Assembly: GCA_037446135.1 (NCBI GenBank)
Contig: JBBIJD010000036.1
Coordinates: forward strand, 1-17,779
DNA from: Candidatus Fraserbacteria bacterium
GTDB taxonomy: Bacteria; Bipolaricaulota; Bipolaricaulia; RBG-16-55-9; JANLFV01
Length of the DNA stretch: 17,779 bases
Reading direction: 5' to 3'
In this document: positions 13,787 through 17,779 of the stretch, piece after piece
How the letters are laid out: each line of letters starts with the position of its first letter
How positions within the stretch are numbered: position 1 is the stretch's first letter
The notes under the pieces: model-generated
Told to the model about the DNA's origin: nothing
Database searches by the model: none
Seen by the model: the letters and a program-made list of their open reading frames with translations, nothing else
Program-made: the position numbers and the translations under genes

Positions 13787-13815
13787 AATATACCGAATTC
13801 ACTCCCAGCTCGCAA
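13787..13815 (-). promoter_or_regulatory. Promoter for rpsI-rpmE-DUF1385 (TTGCGA-N17-TATATT), overlapping the ahcY 3' end
   Basis: The minus strand reads TTGCGA gctgggagtgaattcgg TATATT. Confidence 0.6.
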
Positions 13816-15037
13816 TGTAGCGCTCCTGGGCCGGGCTCAGCCGGTCGATCCTTAAGCCCATCGCCTCTAGGGCCAGCTCTGCCACCTCCCGATCGACCTC
13901 TTCAGGGACGGGGTAGAGCCTGGGCTCGAGCTCCTCATGATGCTTTGAGAGATACTCGGCCGTGAGGGCCTGTATGGCGAAGGAGAGGTCCATGATCTCC
14001 ACGGGATGGCCATCGGCCGCGGCTAAATTGACGAGCCTCCCCTGGGCCAAGAGGTAGAGCCGCCGGCTATCTGCGAGCCGGAACTCTTCCACATTCGGAC
14101 GGATCTCTCGCCTCTCGACCGCCAGCCTCTTTAAGGCTGGTAGGCTGATCTCGACATCGAAGTGGCCGGCATTGGCGAGGATCGCCCCATCCTTCATGAG
14201 CCTCAGGCTCTTCTCGTCGAGGACAGCGATGCACCCCGTGGCCGTAACGAAGATATCCCCCTCGCGAGCCGCCTCCTCCATCGGCATGACCCGGAAGCCC
14301 TCCATCGCCGCCTCGAGGGCCCGGATCGGCTCGACCTCGGTGACGATCACATCGGCCCCTAGGCCACGGGCCCGCATGGCGATCCCCTTCCCGCACCAGC
14401 CGTATCCGGCCACGACCACGGTCTTCCCCGCGATCGAGAGGTTCGTGGCCCTCATGATCCCGTCCCAGACAGATTGGCCGGTCCCGTAGCGGTTGTCGAA
14501 CAAGTGCTTCATCTTAGCGTCATTGACCGCGAACATCGGGAAGCGGAGCCGCCCCTCCCGCTCCAAGGCCCGGAGCCGCTGGACCCCGGTGGTCGTCTCC
14601 TCACAGCCGCCGAGGGGCCTCAGCTCCTGCCGGCTCGTATGAAGGAGCCGCACCAGGTCCCCGCCGTCGTCGATGATCAGGTCCGGCCTTGAGTCCAGGA
14701 CGAGGTTGAGGTGCCGCTCATACTCCTCCATAGCCACGCCATGCTTGGCGAAGACCGCTATTCCAGATTCAGCCAGGGCCGCGGCCACATCGTCCTGGGT
14801 CGAGAGTGGATTGCTCCCGGTGAGGGCCACCTCGGCCCCACCGGCCTGGAAGGTCTGGGCTAGGCAGGCAGTCTTGGCCTCGAGGTGGACGCTGATCCCG
14901 ACCTTAAGCCCGGAGAACGGCCTCTCTTTGGAGAATCGCTCAGCGAGCCCCTGAAGCAACGGCATATGATCCCTAGCCCAAGAGAGCTTCCGCTGGCCGC
15001 TCGGGGCGAGTCCAGGATCACGAATCTCACTCATCAT
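13799..15037 (-). CDS. ahcY: Adenosylhomocysteinase (SAH hydrolase)
   Basis: [76 protein letters not shown]. Confidence 0.97.
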   Translation of the reverse strand: MMSEIRDPGLAPSGQRKLSWARDHMPLLQGLAERFSKERPFSGLKVGISVHLEAKTACLAQTFQAGGAEVALTGSNPLSTQDDVAAALAESGIAVFAKHGVAMEEYERHLNLVLDSRPDLIIDDGGDLVRLLHTSRQELRPLGGCEETTTGVQRLRALEREGRLRFPMFAVNDAKMKHLFDNRYGTGQSVWDGIMRATNLSIAGKTVVVAGYGWCGKGIAMRARGLGADVIVTEVEPIRALEAAMEGFRVMPMEEAAREGDIFVTATGCIAVLDEKSLRLMKDGAILANAGHFDVEISLPALKRLAVERREIRPNVEEFRLADSRRLYLLAQGRLVNLAAADGHPVEIMDLSFAIQALTAEYLSKHHEELEPRLYPVPEEVDREVAELALEAMGLRIDRLSPAQERYIASWE

Positions 15038-16221
15038 CTTCGGGCCTGGGCCGGCTCCTTCTCCAGGAGCCCCATCTTCTTGGCGATGAGTTCATACATC
15101 ACTTCCGTGGCCCCCGCGCCGATCTTCCACAGTCTTATGTCCCGATAGAGCCGGGCGATGTCATACTCCTCCATATAGCCGTAACCGCCGTGGAGTTGCA
15201 AGCACTCATCGGCCACCTCACAGGCCACATCGGCGCAGAAGGCCTTGCACATCGAGACGACCGTCGTGGCGTCGAGCCCCTCGTCGATCGTCCGGGCCGC
15301 GGCATAGGTGAGCTGCCTCGCCGCCTCGAGCCTGGTCTGGAGCTTAGCGAGCTTGTGGCGGGTCACCTGGAAGTCGGCCAGCCTCTTGCCGAAGAGCTCC
15401 CGCTCTTGAGCATATTGGATCGCGTCCTCGATCGCCTGCTGGGCATGGCCGACCATCGCCACGGAGGAGACGAGCCGCTCGATCTGGAGCCCGCTCATCA
15501 CCTGGTAGAAGCCGCGGTTCTCCTCCCCGATCAGGTTCTCGACCGGGACGGGGCAGTCCTCGAAGGTCAATTCCCCAGTGTCCGAGCCGTGCATCCCCAA
15601 TTTCTTCGGCATCCTCTGGACCGTGAACCCCGGGGTCCCCTTCTCGATCAAAAGGAGGGAGATCCCACGGTGGCCGAGCTGTGGGGCGGTCTTGACGAGG
15701 ACGAAGAAGAGGTCGGCATTGATGGCGTTGGTGATGAAGACCTTGCTCCCGTTGACTATGTAGTGATCGCCCTCACGCCTGGCGGTCGTGGCGATCCCGG
15801 CCAGATCGCTCCCCGCCCCGGGCTCGGTGAGCGCGATCGCACAGATCTTCCCTCCGGAGATGATCTCGGGGAGCCAGCGGCGCTTCTGCTCTTCATTCCC
15901 GTAGCGGACAAGATATGGGGAGGACATGTCCGTATGGACGAGGACACCCATGACCAGCCCCCGGGAGCGGCACCTTGCGAGCTCCTCGACGAATGCGACC
16001 GTCGTCCGCATGTCCGCGCCGGAGCCGCCGTATTCCTCAGGGAACCTGATCCCCAGAAGGCCGAGTTCACCGAGCCTCTTGAAGACCTCTCTTGGGAAGA
16101 GCCCGGCCTCTTCCCACTCATTGACATGGGGGTTCAGCTCCTCTTCCACGAACTCCCGGACCATCCGCTTGAGGATCCGATGCTCTTCGGAGAAGAAGGA
16201 ATAGATTGGATAAATCTCCAA
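15034..16221 (-). CDS. Acyl-CoA dehydrogenase (long-chain/AtuD-like subgroup)
   Basis: [55 protein letters not shown] start follows GGAGGT. Confidence 0.93.
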   Translation of the reverse strand: MEIYPIYSFFSEEHRILKRMVREFVEEELNPHVNEWEEAGLFPREVFKRLGELGLLGIRFPEEYGGSGADMRTTVAFVEELARCRSRGLVMGVLVHTDMSSPYLVRYGNEEQKRRWLPEIISGGKICAIALTEPGAGSDLAGIATTARREGDHYIVNGSKVFITNAINADLFFVLVKTAPQLGHRGISLLLIEKGTPGFTVQRMPKKLGMHGSDTGELTFEDCPVPVENLIGEENRGFYQVMSGLQIERLVSSVAMVGHAQQAIEDAIQYAQERELFGKRLADFQVTRHKLAKLQTRLEAARQLTYAAARTIDEGLDATTVVSMCKAFCADVACEVADECLQLHGGYGYMEEYDIARLYRDIRLWKIGAGATEVMYELIAKKMGLLEKEPAQARR

Positions 16222-16251
16222 ATCGGTTCACCTCCAGCTAGGCTCAGGGTT

Positions 16252-16281
16252 ATCATAGCACTTTCTGCCTCGGGGGCGCAA
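16252..16281 (-). promoter_or_regulatory. Promoter for acyl-CoA dehydrogenase-ahcY (TTGCGC-N18-TATGAT, extended TG)
   Basis: -35 at 16281-16276 and TGcTATGAT at 16260-16252 on the minus strand. Confidence 0.55.
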
Positions 16282-16297
16282 TCGGATTCGGATGCCG

Positions 16298-16326
16298 TTG
16301 CTAGGGGTGCGCGGTTGTGATATGAT
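16298..16326 (+). promoter_or_regulatory. Promoter for folP-yceD-ruvC (TTGCTA-N17-TATGAT, extended TG), 9 nt before ATG
   Basis: -35 at 16298-16303, TG at 16318-16319, -10 at 16321-16326, ATG at 16336 without a clear SD. Confidence 0.65.
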
Positions 16327-16335
16327 CCGAGCGGG

Positions 16336-17169
16336 ATGGACGCGCGCGCGCTCGAGGAACTAGGGCTGGGGAAGCGGACCCTCATCATGGGGATCGTCAA
16401 TGTCACTCCTGATTCCTTCTCCGACGGCGGGCTCTATGCCGATCCGGAGAAAGCGATCGCCCATGCCCTGGAGCTAGTCGAGGAGGGGGCCGATATCATC
16501 GATATCGGGGGCGAATCGACCCGCCCTGGGGCCACACCCGTCCCGGCGGAGGTGGAGCTCGAGCGGGTCCTCCCGGTGATCGAGGGGATCAGAGAAGAGT
16601 CCAGGGTCCCGATCTCCATCGACACCTATAAGGCTATAGTGGCCGAGGCGGCCCTCGAGGCCGGCGCGACCATGGTCAACGATATCTCCGCCTTGAGGTT
16701 CGATCCCCGGATGAGCGAGGTCCTCCGGAGATACGATGTCCCCGTGGTCTTAATGCATATGCAGGGCGAGCCGAGGACGATGCAGCAAGACCCGCGATAT
16801 GACGATGTAATCGGGGAGATCATGGCCTTCCTGCGGGAGAGGCTGGCTGTAGCGAGGGAGGCCGGCCTCTCTAAGCTCATCCTCGACCCGGGGATCGGGT
16901 TCGGGAAGACGGTCGAGCATAACCTGGAGATCCTCCGGAGGCTGGGCGAGCTGAAGGCCCTGGGGCGGCCGATCCTCATCGGGCCATCGCGGAAGTCCTT
17001 TATCGGCCAATTGAGCGGCGCACCGGTCGAGGAGCGGCTCCCGGGGACGATCGCCGCCGTCGTCCTTGGGATCGCCCGTGGAGCGGATATCGTCCGGGTC
17101 CACAATGTCCGGGCCGTCAAGCAGGCGGTCATTCTAGCGGACGCGATCATTCGAGGTGAGCGAAGATGA
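16336..17169 (+). CDS. folP: Dihydropteroate synthase
   Basis: IMGIVNVTPDSFSDGG, IDIGGESTRPG, SIDTYK, NDIS, LMHMQG, DPGIGFGKT, SRKSFIG, IVRVHNV. Confidence 0.97.
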   Translation: MDARALEELGLGKRTLIMGIVNVTPDSFSDGGLYADPEKAIAHALELVEEGADIIDIGGESTRPGATPVPAEVELERVLPVIEGIREESRVPISIDTYKAIVAEAALEAGATMVNDISALRFDPRMSEVLRRYDVPVVLMHMQGEPRTMQQDPRYDDVIGEIMAFLRERLAVAREAGLSKLILDPGIGFGKTVEHNLEILRRLGELKALGRPILIGPSRKSFIGQLSGAPVEERLPGTIAAVVLGIARGADIVRVHNVRAVKQAVILADAIIRGERR

Positions 17170-17678
17170 ATCTCCCGATCAAGCAGCTCAAGAAGGAGCC
17201 GGGGATGGTCTTCCCCTTCTCCGGCAAGGTCGAGCTCCCCCCGATCGGGCACGGGGGGATAGTGATAGCCCAGAAGAGCCGGGTCGCCTTCCAAGGCCAG
17301 GCCGTCTACCAGGGGGGGAAGATCCATCTGGCCCTGGCGCTCAAGGCGGAGGTGGAGCGTGAGTGTAGCCGCTGCTTGGCGCGCTTCACCCAGACGATCG
17401 AGAAGGAGGAGAGAATTACGCTGCGCGAGGAGAGCGAGGTCCGGCTGGAGGACGAGGACTTCACCTATCCCGATGAGGCTGAGGAGGTGGCCCTCGAGCC
17501 CTACCTCCAGAGCCTGATCCTGAGCGCGCTCGACCCCAAGCCGCTCTGCGCCCCGGACTGCCGCGGGCTCTGCCCCTCCTGCGGAGTGAACTTGAATGAG
17601 GAGGAGCACCACCCCAACTGCCCGGCCCTCCGGCCGGAAGTCGACCCGCGCCTGGCGCAGCTTTTGGATCTATTATGA
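17166..17678 (+). CDS. yceD: DUF177/YceD family zinc-binding protein (23S rRNA accumulation)
   Basis: CSRCL, PKPLCAPDCRGLCPSCGVNLN...C, DPRLAQLLDL. ATGA overlap with folP. Confidence 0.92.
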   Translation: MNLPIKQLKKEPGMVFPFSGKVELPPIGHGGIVIAQKSRVAFQGQAVYQGGKIHLALALKAEVERECSRCLARFTQTIEKEERITLREESEVRLEDEDFTYPDEAEEVALEPYLQSLILSALDPKPLCAPDCRGLCPSCGVNLNEEEHHPNCPALRPEVDPRLAQLLDLL

Positions 17679-17779
17679 GGATCGTTCCTCTCGATCCACC
17701 ACCGCTCCGCGTGGCGCGCCACGGTCCGTCATGGAAGGTCTTGGGGATCGACCCCGGGCTAGCGACTACCGGATATGGG
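17675..17779 (+). CDS. ruvC: Holliday junction resolvase RuvC, 5' fragment
   Basis: The frame from ATG 17675 (ATGA overlap with the yceD stop) gives MRIVPLDPPPLRVARHGPSWKVLGIDPGLATTGYG. VLGIDPGLATTGYG is the RuvC N-terminal catalytic motif. Confidence 0.85.
   Translation, partial: MRIVPLDPPPLRVARHGPSWKVLGIDPGLATTGYG

Noticed and set aside
13030..13788. 252-aa + strand ORF
   Set aside because: Antisense to rpsI and rpmE, which are unambiguous.
15190..16320. 376-aa + strand ORF
   Set aside because: Antisense shadow of the acyl-CoA dehydrogenase.
16626..17612. 328-aa - strand ORF
   Set aside because: Antisense to folP/yceD, with no family features.
1..17779. CRISPR arrays, tRNA/rRNA genes, transposases, integrases, or diversity-generating retroelement repeats
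   Set aside because: No regularly spaced direct repeats, cloverleafs, or mobile-element or reverse transcriptase ORFs were seen by eye. The ruvC fragment matches the housekeeping resolvase, not a Cas/TnpB nuclease.

Overview
GC-rich bacterial chromosomal window with several archaeal-like housekeeping genes. The lineage is tentatively a deep-branching diderm such as Ca. Bipolaricaulota/Acetothermia; this is inference only. Left arm (- strand): an archaeal-type FAU-1/AubA ribonuclease, a DsbA with an unusual Cys-rich insertion, a VKOR, and a Cys-rich secreted lamin-tail (LTD) + PKD protein that runs off the left edge and is absent from the ORF track. RNA 3'-phosphate cyclase rtcA sits head-to-head with fau-1. 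Centre (+ strand): a near-consensus sigma70 promoter, then a c-di-GMP-I (GEMM) riboswitch with an RBS-sequestering expression platform, then a ~1174-aa secreted beta-propeller + multi-PKD protein with interleaved/nested PKD domains, a terminator, and a putative outer-membrane beta-barrel with an inserted Ig-like domain. Right arm: hisS, DUF1385, rpmE, rpsI (without rplM), ahcY, an acyl-CoA dehydrogenase, folP, yceD and the 5' end of ruvC. The best candidates for an undescribed system are (i) a c-di-GMP-riboswitch-controlled, disulfide-rich surface/adhesin module with nearby DsbA-VKOR folding machinery, and (ii) a bacterial FAU-1/RtcA RNA-end-processing pair.
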